Source of the DNA: a phage
DNA: 64,000 nucleotides
Sequence record: PZ445436.1
Direction: 5' to 3' (one strand)
Below the pieces are notes generated by a model. The model saw only the letters and a list, made by a program, of their open reading frames with translations. It searched no databases and was not told the DNA's origin. Positions 53,600-64,000 of this stretch are shown here, piece after piece. Position numbers and translations under genes: made by a program. Each line of letters begins with the position of its first letter. Within the stretch, counting starts at the first letter, position 1.

Positions 53600-53633
53600 C
53601 TTATTATTGAAAACACAATAGGAGCCCGGGAGA

Positions 53634-56600
53634 ATGGCCGAGATTAAAAGAAAGTTCAGAGCAGAAGATGGTCTGGACGCAGGTGGTGATAAAATAATCA
53701 ACGTAGCTTTAGCTGATCGTGCCGTAGGAACTGACGGTGTTAACGTTGATTACTTAATTCAAGAAAACACAGTTCAACAATATGATCCAACTCGTGGATA
53801 TTTAAAAGATTTTGTAATCATTTATGATAACCGCTTTTGGGCTGCTATAAATGATATTCCAAAACCGGCAGGAGCTTTTAATAGCGGACGCTGGAGAGCA
53901 TTACGTACCGATGCTAACTGGATTACGGTTTCATCTGGTTCATATCAATTAAAATCTGGTGAAGCTATTTCGGTTAACACCGCAGCTGGTAATGATATTA
54001 CATTTACTTTACCATCTACCCCAATTGACGGTGATACTATCGTTCTCCAAGATATTGGAGGAAAACCTGGAGTTAACCAAGTTTTAATTGTAGCTCCGGT
54101 GCAAAGTATTGTAAACTTCAGAGGTCAACAGGTACGTTCAGTACTAATGACTCATCCAAAGTCACAGCTAGTTTTAATTTTTAGTAATCGTCTGTGGCAA
54201 ATGTATGTTGCTGATTATAGTAGAGAAGCTATAGTTGTAACACCAGCAAGTCTCTATCAGGCGCAATCTAATGATTTTATCGTACGTAGATTTACTTCTG
54301 CTGCACCAATTAATGTTAAACTTCCAAGATTTGCTAATCATGGCGATATTATTAATTTCGTTGATTTAGATAAACTGAATCCACTTTATCATACAATTGT
54401 TACTACATACGATGAAACGACTTCAGTACAAGAAGTTGGAACTCATTCCATTGAAGGCCGTACATCAATTGACGGTTTCTTGATGTTTGATGATAATGAG
54501 AAATTGTGGAGATTGTTTGACGGGGATAGTAAAGCACGTTTACGCATTATAACGACTAATTCTAATATTCGTCCAAACGAAGAAGTCATGGTATTTGGTG
54601 CGAATAACGGAACAACTCAAACAATTGAACTTCAGCTTCCAACTAATATTTCTGTTGGTGATACTGTTAAAATTTCCATGAATTACATGAGAAAAGGACA
54701 AACAGTTAAAATCAAAGCTGCCGGTGAAGATAAAATTGCTTCTTCAGTTCAATTGCTGCAATTCCCAAAACGTTCAGAATATCCACCTGAAACTAAATGG
54801 GTGACTGTTCAAGAATTAGTTTTTAACGGTGAAACTAATTATGTTCCAGTTTTGCAACTTGCTTACATAGAAGATTCTGATGGAAAATATTGGGTTGTGC
54901 AACAAAATGTTCCAACTGTAGAAAGAGTCGATTCTTTAAATGATTCTACTAGAGCAAGATTAGGCGTAATTGCTTTAGCTACACAAGCTCAAGCTAATGT
55001 CGATTTAGAAAATTCTCCACAAAAAGAATTAGCAATTACTCCAGAAACATTAGCTAACCGTACTGCTACTGAAACTCGCAGAGGTATTGCAAGAATAGCA
55101 ACTACTGCTCAAGTGAATCAGAACACCACATTCTCTTTTGCTGATGATATTATCATCACTCCTAAAAAGCTGAATGAAAGAACTGCTACAGAAACTCGCA
55201 GAGGTGTCGCAGAAATTGCTACGCAGCAAGAAACTAATGCAGGAACCGATGACACTACAATCATCACTCCTAAAAAGCTTCAAGCTCGTCAAGGTTCTGA
55301 ATCATTATCTGGTATTGTAACTTTTGTATCTACTGCAGGTGCTACTCCAGCTTCTAGCCGTGAATTAAATGGTACGAATGTTTATAATAAAAACACTAAT
55401 AATTTAGTTGTTTCGCCAAAAGCTTTGGATCAGTATAAAGCTACGCCTACTCAACAGGGTGCAGTAATTTTAGCCGTTGAAAGTGAAGTAATTGCTGGAC
55501 AAAGCCAAGAAGGATGGGCAAATGCTGTTGTAACGCCAGAAACGTTACACAAAAAGACATCAACTGATGCAAGAATTGGTTTAATTGAAATTGCTACGCA
55601 AAGTGAAGTTAATACAGGAACTGATTATACTCGTGCAGTCACTCCTAAAACTTTAAATGACCGTAGAGCAACTGAAAGTTTAAGTGGTATAGCTGAAATT
55701 GCTACGCAAGTTGAATTCGACGCAGGCGTCGACGATACTCGTATCTCTACACCATTAAAAATTAAAACCAGATTTAATAGTACTGATCGTACTTCTGTTG
55801 TTGCTCTATCTGGATTAGTTGAATCAGGAACTCTCTGGGACCATTATACCCTTAATATTCTTGAAGCAAATGAGACACAGCGTGGTACACTTCGTGTAGC
55901 TACACAGGTTGAAGCTGCTGCAGGAACATTAGATAATGTTTTAATAACTCCTAAAAAGCTTTTAGGTACTAAATCTACTGAAGCACAGGAAGGTGTTATT
56001 AAAGTTGCAACTCAAGCTGAAACCGTAGCTGGAACATCAGCAAATACTGCTGTATCTCCAAAAAATTTAAAATGGATTGTCCAGTCTGAACCAACATGGG
56101 CTGCTACTACGGCGATTCGTGGATTCGTTAAAACTTCATCCGGTTCTATTACATTTGTTGGTAATGATACAGTTGGTTCAACACAACCTTTAGAATCATA
56201 TGAGAAAAATAGCTATGCAGTATCACCATATGAATTAAACCGTGTACTTGCTAACTATTTGCCATTGAAAGCTAAAGCCGTAGATAGTAATTTATTAGAT
56301 GGCCTAGATTCATCTCAGTTCATTCGTAGGGACATTGCACAGACGGTTAATGGTTCACTAACCTTAACACAACAAACGAATCTGAGTGCCCCTCTCGTAT
56401 CATCTAGTACTGCTACGTTTGGTGGTTCAGTTTCGGCAAATAGTACATTAACTATTTCTAATACTGGAACGGCAACTCGTCTGATTTTTGAGAAAGGACC
56501 TCAAACTGGAACTAACCCAGCGCAGACGATGACTATTAGAGTTTGGGGAAATCAGTTTGGTGGTGGATCAGATACAACACGTTCTACTGTATTTGAAGTT

Positions 56601-57503
56601 GGTGATGAAACATCTAATCACTTTTATTCTCAACGTAATAAAGATGGGAATATAACGTTTAGCATTAATGGTACTGTGATGCCAATAAATGTTAACGCTT
56701 CAGGCACGTTAAATGCGAATGGCGTTGCAACATTCGGTCGTTCAGTTACTGCTAATGGCGAATTCATCAGCAAGTCTGCAAATGCTTTTAGAGCAATTAG
56801 TGGTGATTACGGATTCTTTATTCGCAATGATGCTGCTACCACCTATTTTATGCTCACTGCATCCGGTGATCAGACTGGCGGATTTAATGGATTACGTCCT
56901 TTAGCTATTAATAATGCATCTGGCCAAGTAACGATTGGTGAAAGCTTAATCATTGCCAAAGGTGCTACTATAAATTCAGGTGGTTTGACTGTTAACTCGA
57001 GAATTCGTTCTCAGGGTACTAAAACATCTGATTTATATACCCGTGCGCCAACATCTGATACTGTAGGATTCTGGTCAATCGATATTAACGATTCAGCCAC
57101 TTATAACCAGTTCCCAGGTTATTTTAAAATGGTTGAAAAAACTAATGAAGTGACTGGACTTCCATACTTAGAACGTGGCGAAGAAGTTAAATCTCCTGGT
57201 ACACTGACACAGTTTGGTAACACACTTGATTCGCTTTACCAAGATTGGATTACTTATCCAACGACACCAGAAGCGCGTACCACTCGCTGGACCCGTACAT
57301 GGCAGAAAACTAAAAACTCTTGGTCAAGTTTTGTTCAGGTATTTGACGGAGGTAACCCTCCTCAACCATCTGATATTGGCGCTTTACCATCTGATAATGC
57401 TACAATGGGGAATCTTACTATTCGTGATTTCTTACGAATTGGTAATGTTCGCATTATTCCTGACCCAGTGAATAAAACTGTTAAATTTGAATGGGTTGAA
57501 TAA
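53634..57503 (+). CDS. 34: Long tail fibre proximal subunit, T4 gp34
   Basis: 1289-aa ORF, length as T4 gp34; late promoter upstream. Confidence 0.95.
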   Translation: MAEIKRKFRAEDGLDAGGDKIINVALADRAVGTDGVNVDYLIQENTVQQYDPTRGYLKDFVIIYDNRFWAAINDIPKPAGAFNSGRWRALRTDANWITVSSGSYQLKSGEAISVNTAAGNDITFTLPSTPIDGDTIVLQDIGGKPGVNQVLIVAPVQSIVNFRGQQVRSVLMTHPKSQLVLIFSNRLWQMYVADYSREAIVVTPASLYQAQSNDFIVRRFTSAAPINVKLPRFANHGDIINFVDLDKLNPLYHTIVTTYDETTSVQEVGTHSIEGRTSIDGFLMFDDNEKLWRLFDGDSKARLRIITTNSNIRPNEEVMVFGANNGTTQTIELQLPTNISVGDTVKISMNYMRKGQTVKIKAAGEDKIASSVQLLQFPKRSEYPPETKWVTVQELVFNGETNYVPVLQLAYIEDSDGKYWVVQQNVPTVERVDSLNDSTRARLGVIALATQAQANVDLENSPQKELAITPETLANRTATETRRGIARIATTAQVNQNTTFSFADDIIITPKKLNERTATETRRGVAEIATQQETNAGTDDTTIITPKKLQARQGSESLSGIVTFVSTAGATPASSRELNGTNVYNKNTNNLVVSPKALDQYKATPTQQGAVILAVESEVIAGQSQEGWANAVVTPETLHKKTSTDARIGLIEIATQSEVNTGTDYTRAVTPKTLNDRRATESLSGIAEIATQVEFDAGVDDTRISTPLKIKTRFNSTDRTSVVALSGLVESGTLWDHYTLNILEANETQRGTLRVATQVEAAAGTLDNVLITPKKLLGTKSTEAQEGVIKVATQAETVAGTSANTAVSPKNLKWIVQSEPTWAATTAIRGFVKTSSGSITFVGNDTVGSTQPLESYEKNSYAVSPYELNRVLANYLPLKAKAVDSNLLDGLDSSQFIRRDIAQTVNGSLTLTQQTNLSAPLVSSSTATFGGSVSANSTLTISNTGTATRLIFEKGPQTGTNPAQTMTIRVWGNQFGGGSDTTRSTVFEVGDETSNHFYSQRNKDGNITFSINGTVMPINVNASGTLNANGVATFGRSVTANGEFISKSANAFRAISGDYGFFIRNDAATTYFMLTASGDQTGGFNGLRPLAINNASGQVTIGESLIIAKGATINSGGLTVNSRIRSQGTKTSDLYTRAPTSDTVGFWSIDINDSATYNQFPGYFKMVEKTNEVTGLPYLERGEEVKSPGTLTQFGNTLDSLYQDWITYPTTPEARTTRWTRTWQKTKNSWSSFVQVFDGGNPPQPSDIGALPSDNATMGNLTIRDFLRIGNVRIIPDPVNKTVKFEWVE

Positions 57504-57511
57504 GAGGTATT

Positions 57512-58627
57512 ATGGAAAAATTTATGGCAGAGTTTGGACAAGGATATGTCCAAACGCCGTTTTTATCGGAAAGCAATTCAGTAAGATATAAAATAAGCAT
57601 AGCGGGTTCTTGCCCGCTTTCTACAGCAGGACCATACGTTAAATTTCAGGATAATCCTGTCGGAAGTCAAACATTTAGCGCAGGCCTTCATTTAAGAGTT
57701 TTTGACCCTTCTACAGGAGCATTAGTTGATAGTAAGTCATATGCTTTTTCGACTTCAAATGATACTACATCAGCTGCTTTTGCTAGCTTCATGAATTCTT
57801 TGACAAATAACAGAATTGTTGCTATATTAACTAACGGAAAGGTTAATTTTCCTCCTGAAGTAGTATCTTGGTTAAGAACCGCCGGAACGTCTGCTTTTCC
57901 ATCTGACTCTATATTGTCAAGATTTGACGTATCATATGCTGCTTTTTATACTTCTTCTAAAAGAGCTATCGCATTAGAGCATGTTAAATTAAGTAATAGA
58001 AAAAGCACAGATGATTATCAAACTATTTTAGATGTTGTATTTGACAGTTTAGAAGATGTCGGAGCTACCGGGTTTCCAAGAAGAACGTATGAAAGTGTTG
58101 AGCAATTCATGTCAGCGGTTGGTGGAACTAATAACGAAATTGTGCGTCTACCAACTTCAGCTACTATAAGTAAACTCTCTGATTATAATTTAATTCCTGG
58201 TGACGTTCTTTATCTTAAAGCCCAGTTATATGCTGATGCCGATTTACTTGCTCTTGGAACAACAAATATATCTATCCGTTTTTATAATGCATCTAACGGA
58301 TATATTTCCTCGACACAAGCTGAGTTTACTGGACAAGCTGGGTCTTGGGAATTAAAGGAAGATTATGTAGTTGTTCCAGAAAATGCAGTTGGATTTACGA
58401 TATATGCACAAAGAACTGCTCAAGCTGGACAAGGCGGTATGCGAAATTTAAGCTTTTCTGAAGTATCAAGAAACGGCGGCATTTCAAAACCTGCTGAATT
58501 TGGCGTCAATGGTATTCGTGTTAATTATATCTGTGAATCTGCTTCACCTCCGGATATAATGGTACTTCCTACGCAAGCATCGTCTAAAACTGGTAAAGTG
58601 TTTGGGCAAGAATTTAGAGAAGTATAA
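57512..58627 (+). CDS. 35: Long tail fibre hinge protein, T4 gp35
   Basis: 371-aa ORF followed by UUCG-tetraloop terminator. Confidence 0.9.
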   Translation: MEKFMAEFGQGYVQTPFLSESNSVRYKISIAGSCPLSTAGPYVKFQDNPVGSQTFSAGLHLRVFDPSTGALVDSKSYAFSTSNDTTSAAFASFMNSLTNNRIVAILTNGKVNFPPEVVSWLRTAGTSAFPSDSILSRFDVSYAAFYTSSKRAIALEHVKLSNRKSTDDYQTILDVVFDSLEDVGATGFPRRTYESVEQFMSAVGGTNNEIVRLPTSATISKLSDYNLIPGDVLYLKAQLYADADLLALGTTNISIRFYNASNGYISSTQAEFTGQAGSWELKEDYVVVPENAVGFTIYAQRTAQAGQGGMRNLSFSEVSRNGGISKPAEFGVNGIRVNYICESASPPDIMVLPTQASSKTGKVFGQEFREV

Positions 58628-58632
58628 ATTGA

Positions 58633-58650
58633 GGGAGCCTTCGGGTTCCC
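58633..58650 (+). terminator. Intrinsic terminator after gene 35
   Basis: GGGAGCC-UUCG-GGUUCCC hairpin (one G-U pair) followed by TTTTT. Confidence 0.7.
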
Positions 58651-58658
58651 TTTTTCTT

Positions 58659-58666
58659 TATAAATA
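58659..58666 (+). promoter_or_regulatory. Late promoter (TATAAATA) for genes 36-37-38
   Basis: Exact TATAAATA after the gene 35 terminator, 23 nt upstream of gene 36 ATG. Confidence 0.6.
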
Positions 58667-58689
58667 CTATTAAAATAAAGGGGCATACA

Positions 58690-59355
58690 ATGGCTGATTT
58701 AAAAGTAGGTTCAACAACTGGAGGCTCTGTCATTTGGCATCAAGGAAATTTTCCATTGAATCCAGCCGGTGACGATGTACTCTATAAATCATTTAAAATA
58801 TATTCAGAATATAATAAACCGCAGGCAGCTGATAACGATTTCGTTTCTAAAGCTAATGGTGGTACTTATGCATCAAAGGTAACATTTAACGGCGGCGTCC
58901 AAGTCCCGTATGCTGTAAACAACACAAACCCATGCGGTATTTATCCAGGTAACGGTGATAATGCTACTTTTGCTGTAGCAAATATTGATATTGTTTCGTG
59001 GAATGGTATTGGTTTTAAATCATCGCAGGGTTCAGCAGCCCGAACTGTTGTAATTAATGCACGTAATGGTGATATTAGCACAAAAGGTGTTGTGTCTGCG
59101 GCAGGTCAAGTAAGAAGTGATGCAGCTGCTCCTATAGCAGCGAATGACCTTACTAGAAAGGACTATGTTGATGGAGCAATAAATACTGTTACAGCAAATG
59201 CGAACTCTAGAGTGTTGCGTTCTGGCGACACTATGATAGGTAATTTAACCGCGCCAAACTTTTTTTCACAGAATCCTGCGTCTCAACCTTCTCACGTTCC
59301 GCGATTTGATCAAATCGTAATTAAGGATTCTGTTCAAGATTTCGGCTATTATTAA
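58690..59355 (+). CDS. 36: Long tail fibre distal connector, T4 gp36
   Basis: 221-aa ORF; late promoter upstream. Confidence 0.9.
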   Translation: MADLKVGSTTGGSVIWHQGNFPLNPAGDDVLYKSFKIYSEYNKPQAADNDFVSKANGGTYASKVTFNGGVQVPYAVNNTNPCGIYPGNGDNATFAVANIDIVSWNGIGFKSSQGSAARTVVINARNGDISTKGVVSAAGQVRSDAAAPIAANDLTRKDYVDGAINTVTANANSRVLRSGDTMIGNLTAPNFFSQNPASQPSHVPRFDQIVIKDSVQDFGYY

Positions 59356-59363
59356 GAGGACTT

Positions 59364-62300
59364 ATGGCTACTTTAAAACAAATACAATTTAAAAGAAGCA
59401 AAACTGCAGGTCAACGTCCTGCTGCTTCAGTATTAGCCGAAGGTGAATTGGCTATAAACTTAAAAGATAGAACAATTTTTACTAAAGATGATTCAGGAAA
59501 TATCATCGATTTAAGCATTTCTGCTGGTGGTAATATCAGTGGTAATATTACTCAAACTGGAGATTATTTACAGAACGGTACATACAATCTCAATGGAAAT
59601 CAGTTTGTTTATGCAGGAAAATATATTGAATTTTTACCTAAAACAGCTGGTAATGGTGCGTGGGCAAATCAACACCTAAATAAAGCTCCTATCTTTACAG
59701 ATTTAAGTTCAACTACTTCTATTTCAGAATATCATCCACTCATTAAGCAACGCTATAAAGATGGAACTTTTTCAGCGGGTACATTGGTTGCTGAAGGCAG
59801 TTTTAAAATTCATTTTATGAATGAATCTGGTGATTCGAAATATTGGACGTTTCGCCGTGACGGTGGATTTACTGTTGACAATGGAGGTTTAGCAGTATCA
59901 GGTGGTAGTATAACCACAACCGGAAACATCGCCGCGATCGGAAATATTACTTCGCCCCAGATTAATACTAAAAATATTATTTTAGATACAAAGGCATTCG
60001 GACAGTATGATTCACAGTCATTAGTTCAATATGTTTATCCTGGAACAGGTGAAGAAAATGGTATAAACTATCTTCGTAAAGTTCGAGCTAAATCAGGCGG
60101 AACTATTTACCATGAAATCGCTTCAGCTCAAACTGGTAAGAATGATGAAATTTCTTGGTGGACCGGAAATACACTTACTACTAAATTAATGGGTCTTCGT
60201 AATGATGGCGCAATGGTATTACGTCGTTCACTTGCTATTGGCACAATTACCACTGATGAAAATACTAACAACTACGGTTCTCCTACTCCAATGGGAGAAA
60301 GATATATTGCTTTGGGCGATGCTGCAACCGGTTTAAAATACATTAAGCAGGGTGTTTATGATTTAGTAGGTAATTGGAATTCTGTTGCTTCTATTACTCC
60401 TGACAGTTTCCGTAGTACTCGTAAAGCGTTATTTGGTCGTTCAGAAGACCAAGGTGGAACATGGATTATGCCTGGAACGAACGCTGCCTTTTTATCAGTC
60501 CAAACACAGGCTGATGAAAACACTGCTGGAGACGGTCAAACCCATATTGGATATAACTCTGGCGGTAAAATGAACCACTATTTCCGTGGTAAAGGAAAAA
60601 CTAATATTAATACTCAAGAAGGCATGGAAGTTAACCCGGGTATTTTGAAATTGGTAACTGGCTCTAATAATGTAATGTTTTATGCTGATGGCGGTATTAC
60701 ATCTGTTAAGCAGCTTTCAATATATAACGGCATATATTTAGCAGCTAATAATTCTACTGCTGGGCTAACATTCGCTCCAACTACTACAATTGATGGCACT
60801 AAGCAAATTTTGTGGGAAGGCGGTACTCGTGCTGGTCAGAATAAAAGCTATGTAACTGTTAAAGCATGGGGTAATTCATTTAACGCATCTGGCGATCGTA
60901 ATCGTGAAACGGTTTTTGAAGTAGCTGATGGACAAGGATATTATTTTTATTCACAGCGTGTGGCTCCAAGTGGCTCTGAAACTACTGGGCCTGTTGTAAC
61001 CCAGTTCAATGGACAAGTTAATGCTAGAGGAAGTATTATTACTGACGGAAGTTTTAAAGTTAATGGATTAAGCACTTTAGTCGGTAATGTTACTATGTCT
61101 AATGGTTTGTTTGTCCAAGGTGGTTCTTCTATTACTGGACAGGTAAAAATTGGTGGAACGGCTGATGCATTAAGAATTTGGAATGCTGAATACGGTGCTA
61201 TTTTCCGCCGTTCAGAAGCGTCATTACATATTATCCCTACTCCTAAAGATGCCGGTGAAAGCGGTGGAATAAGTAATCTCCGCCCACTTAGTATTAGCCT
61301 TAATAATGGTATGGTGCAAATGCGTCATTCCGTTACATTAGGTGATGATGGTGCAGGCGGTAATATGGTGACGGTTGATAATGATTCTAAAGTTATGGTA
61401 ATGACGACTAATAGCCGTATTAGTCCTAACTTCCGTATGCAAATTGGACAGTCGTCTTATATTGATGTGGAATGTACTGATGCTGTGAGACCTACTGGAG
61501 CCGGTTCTTTTGCTTCACAGAATAACGAAAACGTTCGCGCTCCGTTCTATATGAATATTGATAGAACAGATACAAGCACTTATGTTCCTATTGTGAAACA
61601 AAGATACGTTCAAAATAATAGTTGCTATTCTATTGGTACTTTAATTAATGGTGGTAACTTTAGAGTTCATTATCATGAAGGCGGTGACGGCGTTTCTACT
61701 GGTGCTATTATAAAGGATCTTGGATGGGAATTTAATAAAAACGGTGATTTTTATTCTCCTGGTAAATTAGGCGCTGGAAATATTAGAATAGGTACTGATG
61801 GTAATATTACTGGCGGAACTGGTAACTTTGCTAACTTGAACACAACTATCGAATCATTAAAAACCGATATTGTTTCAAGTTATCCTATTGGAGCTCCTAT
61901 TCCATGGCCTACAGATACTCCTCCTAATGGTTACGCTATTATGGAAGGACAGACTTTTGATAAGTCTGCATACCCAAAATTGGCTATAGCTTACCCATCT
62001 GGAGTAATTCCTGATATGCGCGGGCAAACTATCAAAGGTAAACCAAGCGGTCGTGCTGTGTTAAGTGCAGAAGCTGATGGTGTTAAGGCTCATAACCATA
62101 GTGCTTCAGCATCTAATACTGATTTAGGTACTAAAACTACATCAAGCTTTGATTATGGCACTAAGACGACAAGTAGCTTTGACTATGGCACTAAGACTAG
62201 CAATACCACAGGTAACCACTCTCATACTGTAAGCGGTACTACGAGTTCTGCTGGTGCACACCAACATGCGCGCTCAGGTCCTCAGATACAAGCCGGCATA

Positions 62301-62636
62301 CCCAATAACATATTCTATGACGGATATAATAGTGTAGGTGCAAACGCCAACGCTAAATTCACTGGAACCGTGAACGGTGCTACTGCATGGTCGAATATAG
62401 CCAAAACTTCTTCAGACGGTGCTCATACTCATACTTGGTCTGGTACTACAAGCACTACAGGTAACCATGCTCACACAGTAGGTATTGGTGCTCATACCCA
62501 TACTGTAGGTATCGGTGCTCATACCCACACGGTAGCAATTGGCTCGCATGGTCATACTATCACTGTAAATAGTACAGGTAATACAGAAAACACGGTTAAA
62601 AACATTGCTTTTAACTATATCGTTCGTTTAGCATAA
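59364..62636 (+). CDS. 37: Long tail fibre distal subunit (receptor-binding), T4 gp37-like
   Basis: 1090-aa ORF; C-terminal His-x-His repeats and terminal [11 protein letters not shown]. Confidence 0.9.
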   Translation: MATLKQIQFKRSKTAGQRPAASVLAEGELAINLKDRTIFTKDDSGNIIDLSISAGGNISGNITQTGDYLQNGTYNLNGNQFVYAGKYIEFLPKTAGNGAWANQHLNKAPIFTDLSSTTSISEYHPLIKQRYKDGTFSAGTLVAEGSFKIHFMNESGDSKYWTFRRDGGFTVDNGGLAVSGGSITTTGNIAAIGNITSPQINTKNIILDTKAFGQYDSQSLVQYVYPGTGEENGINYLRKVRAKSGGTIYHEIASAQTGKNDEISWWTGNTLTTKLMGLRNDGAMVLRRSLAIGTITTDENTNNYGSPTPMGERYIALGDAATGLKYIKQGVYDLVGNWNSVASITPDSFRSTRKALFGRSEDQGGTWIMPGTNAAFLSVQTQADENTAGDGQTHIGYNSGGKMNHYFRGKGKTNINTQEGMEVNPGILKLVTGSNNVMFYADGGITSVKQLSIYNGIYLAANNSTAGLTFAPTTTIDGTKQILWEGGTRAGQNKSYVTVKAWGNSFNASGDRNRETVFEVADGQGYYFYSQRVAPSGSETTGPVVTQFNGQVNARGSIITDGSFKVNGLSTLVGNVTMSNGLFVQGGSSITGQVKIGGTADALRIWNAEYGAIFRRSEASLHIIPTPKDAGESGGISNLRPLSISLNNGMVQMRHSVTLGDDGAGGNMVTVDNDSKVMVMTTNSRISPNFRMQIGQSSYIDVECTDAVRPTGAGSFASQNNENVRAPFYMNIDRTDTSTYVPIVKQRYVQNNSCYSIGTLINGGNFRVHYHEGGDGVSTGAIIKDLGWEFNKNGDFYSPGKLGAGNIRIGTDGNITGGTGNFANLNTTIESLKTDIVSSYPIGAPIPWPTDTPPNGYAIMEGQTFDKSAYPKLAIAYPSGVIPDMRGQTIKGKPSGRAVLSAEADGVKAHNHSASASNTDLGTKTTSSFDYGTKTTSSFDYGTKTSNTTGNHSHTVSGTTSSAGAHQHARSGPQIQAGIPNNIFYDGYNSVGANANAKFTGTVNGATAWSNIAKTSSDGAHTHTWSGTTSTTGNHAHTVGIGAHTHTVGIGAHTHTVAIGSHGHTITVNSTGNTENTVKNIAFNYIVRLA
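62127..62213 (+). repeat. In-frame 30-nt tandem repeat in gp37 tip ([10 protein letters not shown] x2 plus partial)
   Basis: GGTACTAAAACTACATCAAGCTTTGATTAT / GGCACTAAGACGACAAGTAGCTTTGACTAT / GGCACTAAGACT... Confidence 0.8.
62478..62558 (+). repeat. In-frame 27-nt tandem repeat in gp37 (VGIGAHTHT x2, VAIGSHGHT)
   Basis: Three consecutive 27-nt units each encoding a His-x-His motif. Confidence 0.8.
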
Positions 62637-62663
62637 GGAGAGGGGCTTCGGCCCCTTCTAAAT
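62636..62663 (+). promoter_or_regulatory. Gene 38 translation initiation region with hairpin-bridged SD
   Basis: AGGAG, then hairpin AGGGGC-UUCG-GCCCCU (62641-62656), then ATG 62664. Confidence 0.65.
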
Positions 62664-63215
62664 ATGAAAATATATCATTATTATTTTGACACTAAAGAAT
62701 TTTACAAAGAAGAAAATTACAAACCGGTTAAAGGCCTCGGTCTTCCTGCTCATTCAACAATTAAAAAACCTTTAGAACCTAAAGAAGGATATGCAGTTGT
62801 ATTTGATGAACGTACTCAGGATTGGATTTATGAAGAAGACCATCGCGGAAAACGAGCATGGACTTTTAATAAAGAAGAAATTTTCATAAGTGACATTGGA
62901 AGCCCGGTTGGTATAACTTTTGATGAGCCCGGCGAATTTGATATATGGACTGATGACGGTTGGAAAGAAGACGAAACATATAAGCGAGTTTTAATTCGTA
63001 ATAGAAAAATTGAAGAATTATATAAAGAGTTCCAAGTTTTAAATAATATGATTGAAGCTTCTGTCGCCAATAAAAAGGAAAAATTTTATTATAAAAACCT
63101 TAAGCGGTTCTTTGCTCTTTTAGAAAAGCATGAGCATTTAGGCGGTGAATTCCCTTCATGGCCTGAAAAAGAACGGAAACCTTGGTATAAGCGTTTATTC
63201 AAGCATTACGTATAA
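62664..63215 (+). CDS. 38: Tail fibre assembly chaperone, T4-type gp38
   Basis: 183-aa ORF; SD separated from ATG by a GGGGC/GCCCC hairpin. Confidence 0.85.
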   Translation: MKIYHYYFDTKEFYKEENYKPVKGLGLPAHSTIKKPLEPKEGYAVVFDERTQDWIYEEDHRGKRAWTFNKEEIFISDIGSPVGITFDEPGEFDIWTDDGWKEDETYKRVLIRNRKIEELYKEFQVLNNMIEASVANKKEKFYYKNLKRFFALLEKHEHLGGEFPSWPEKERKPWYKRLFKHYV

Positions 63216-63235
63216 ATATCTTAAAAGGAGGGTCT

Positions 63236-63892
63236 ATGGCAGCACCTAGAATATCATTTTCGCCCTCTGATATTCTATTTGGTGTTCTAGATCGCTTGTT
63301 CAAAGATAACGCTACTGGGAAAGTTCTTGCTTCCCGGGTAGCTGTCGTAATTCTTTTATTTATGATGGCGATTGTTTGGTATAGGGGAGATAGTTTCTTT
63401 GAGTACTATAAGCAATCAAAGTATGAAACATACAGTGAAATTATTGAAAAGGAAAGAAATGCACGCTTTGAATCTGTCGCCCTGGAACAACTCCAGATAG
63501 TTCACATATCATCTGAGGCAGACTTTAGTGCGGTGTATTCTTTCCGCCCTAAAAACTTAAACTATTTTGTTGATATTATAGCATACGAAGGAAGATTACC
63601 TTCAACAATAACTGAAAAATCACTTGGAGGATATCCTGTTGATAAAACTATGGATGAATATACAGTTCATTTAAATGGACGTCATTATTATTCCAACTCA
63701 AAATTTGCTTTTTTACCAACTAAAAAGCCTACTCCCGAAATAAACTACATGTACAGTTGTCCATATTTTAATTTGGATAATATCTATGCTGGAACGATAA
63801 CCATGTACTGGTATAGAAATGATCATATAAGTAATGACCGCCTTGAATCAATATGTGCTCAGGCGGCCAGAATATTAGGAAGGGCTAAATAA
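63236..63892 (+). CDS. t: Holin T
   Basis: 218-aa ORF with single N-proximal transmembrane helix and large periplasmic domain. Confidence 0.9.
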   Translation: MAAPRISFSPSDILFGVLDRLFKDNATGKVLASRVAVVILLFMMAIVWYRGDSFFEYYKQSKYETYSEIIEKERNARFESVALEQLQIVHISSEADFSAVYSFRPKNLNYFVDIIAYEGRLPSTITEKSLGGYPVDKTMDEYTVHLNGRHYYSNSKFAFLPTKKPTPEINYMYSCPYFNLDNIYAGTITMYWYRNDHISNDRLESICAQAARILGRAK

Positions 63893-64000
63893 TTATTTGT
63901 TCGTATACATCTCTAGATATCGATATACACCCTCAAAACCCTCGTTGAATTCGTCGATGAGGGTTTTCTTATCTTCTTGAGTTAATTCAGAAACAATTTT
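63893..64000 (-). CDS. asiA: Anti-sigma70 protein AsiA, C-terminal fragment (truncated by window edge)
   Basis: Hand translation of minus strand gives ...KIVSELTQEDKKTLIDEFNEGFEGVYRYLEMYTNK*. Confidence 0.7.
   Translation of the reverse strand, partial: KIVSELTQEDKKTLIDEFNEGFEGVYRYLEMYTNK
63935..63967 (+). terminator. Terminator-like hairpin downstream of holin t, inside convergent asiA coding sequence
   Basis: 9-bp stem AAAACCCTC/GAGGGTTTT with 15-nt loop, followed by T-rich tract. Confidence 0.5.

Overview
This window is a contiguous segment of a T4-like (T-even, Tequatrovirus-type) myovirus genome, running from the exact start of the large terminase gene (gp17) to a truncated asiA at the right edge. 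Gene order and protein lengths match my recollection of phage T4 almost gene for gene: the late structural block on the + strand (17-18-19-20-67-68-21-22-23-24), a minus-strand block (rnlB, hoc, inh), uvsW/uvsW.1, uvsY, the baseplate hub genes (25, 26, 51, 27, 28, 29, 48, 54), a long minus-strand early/middle region (alt, 30 DNA ligase, 30.x ORFs, rIII, 31, cd, pseT, spanins, alc, rnlA, denA, nrdB, nrdA, td, frd, 32, 59, 33, dsbA, rnh), then the tail-fibre genes 34-35-36-37-38 and holin t. No rRNA, tRNA, CRISPR array or transposable element was found. All identifications rest on reading the translations and on remembered T4 biology; no database search was run. Late promoters (TATAAATA), eight T4-type early promoters (GTTTAC-N17/18-TAnnnT), two MotA-box middle promoters and many GC-rich tetraloop hairpins sit in the expected intergenic positions. 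The things most worth a second look are: two adjacent full-length Alt-type ADP-ribosyltransferase genes; a 115-aa ORF inserted between frd and td; Hoc with an extra tandemly duplicated Ig-like domain; a longer gp37 with short in-frame repeats in the distal tip; extra small ORFs next to gene 32; absence of the td and nrdB introns and of homing-endonuclease genes at sites where T4 has them; and inverted repeats bracketing the -10 element of the early promoters.
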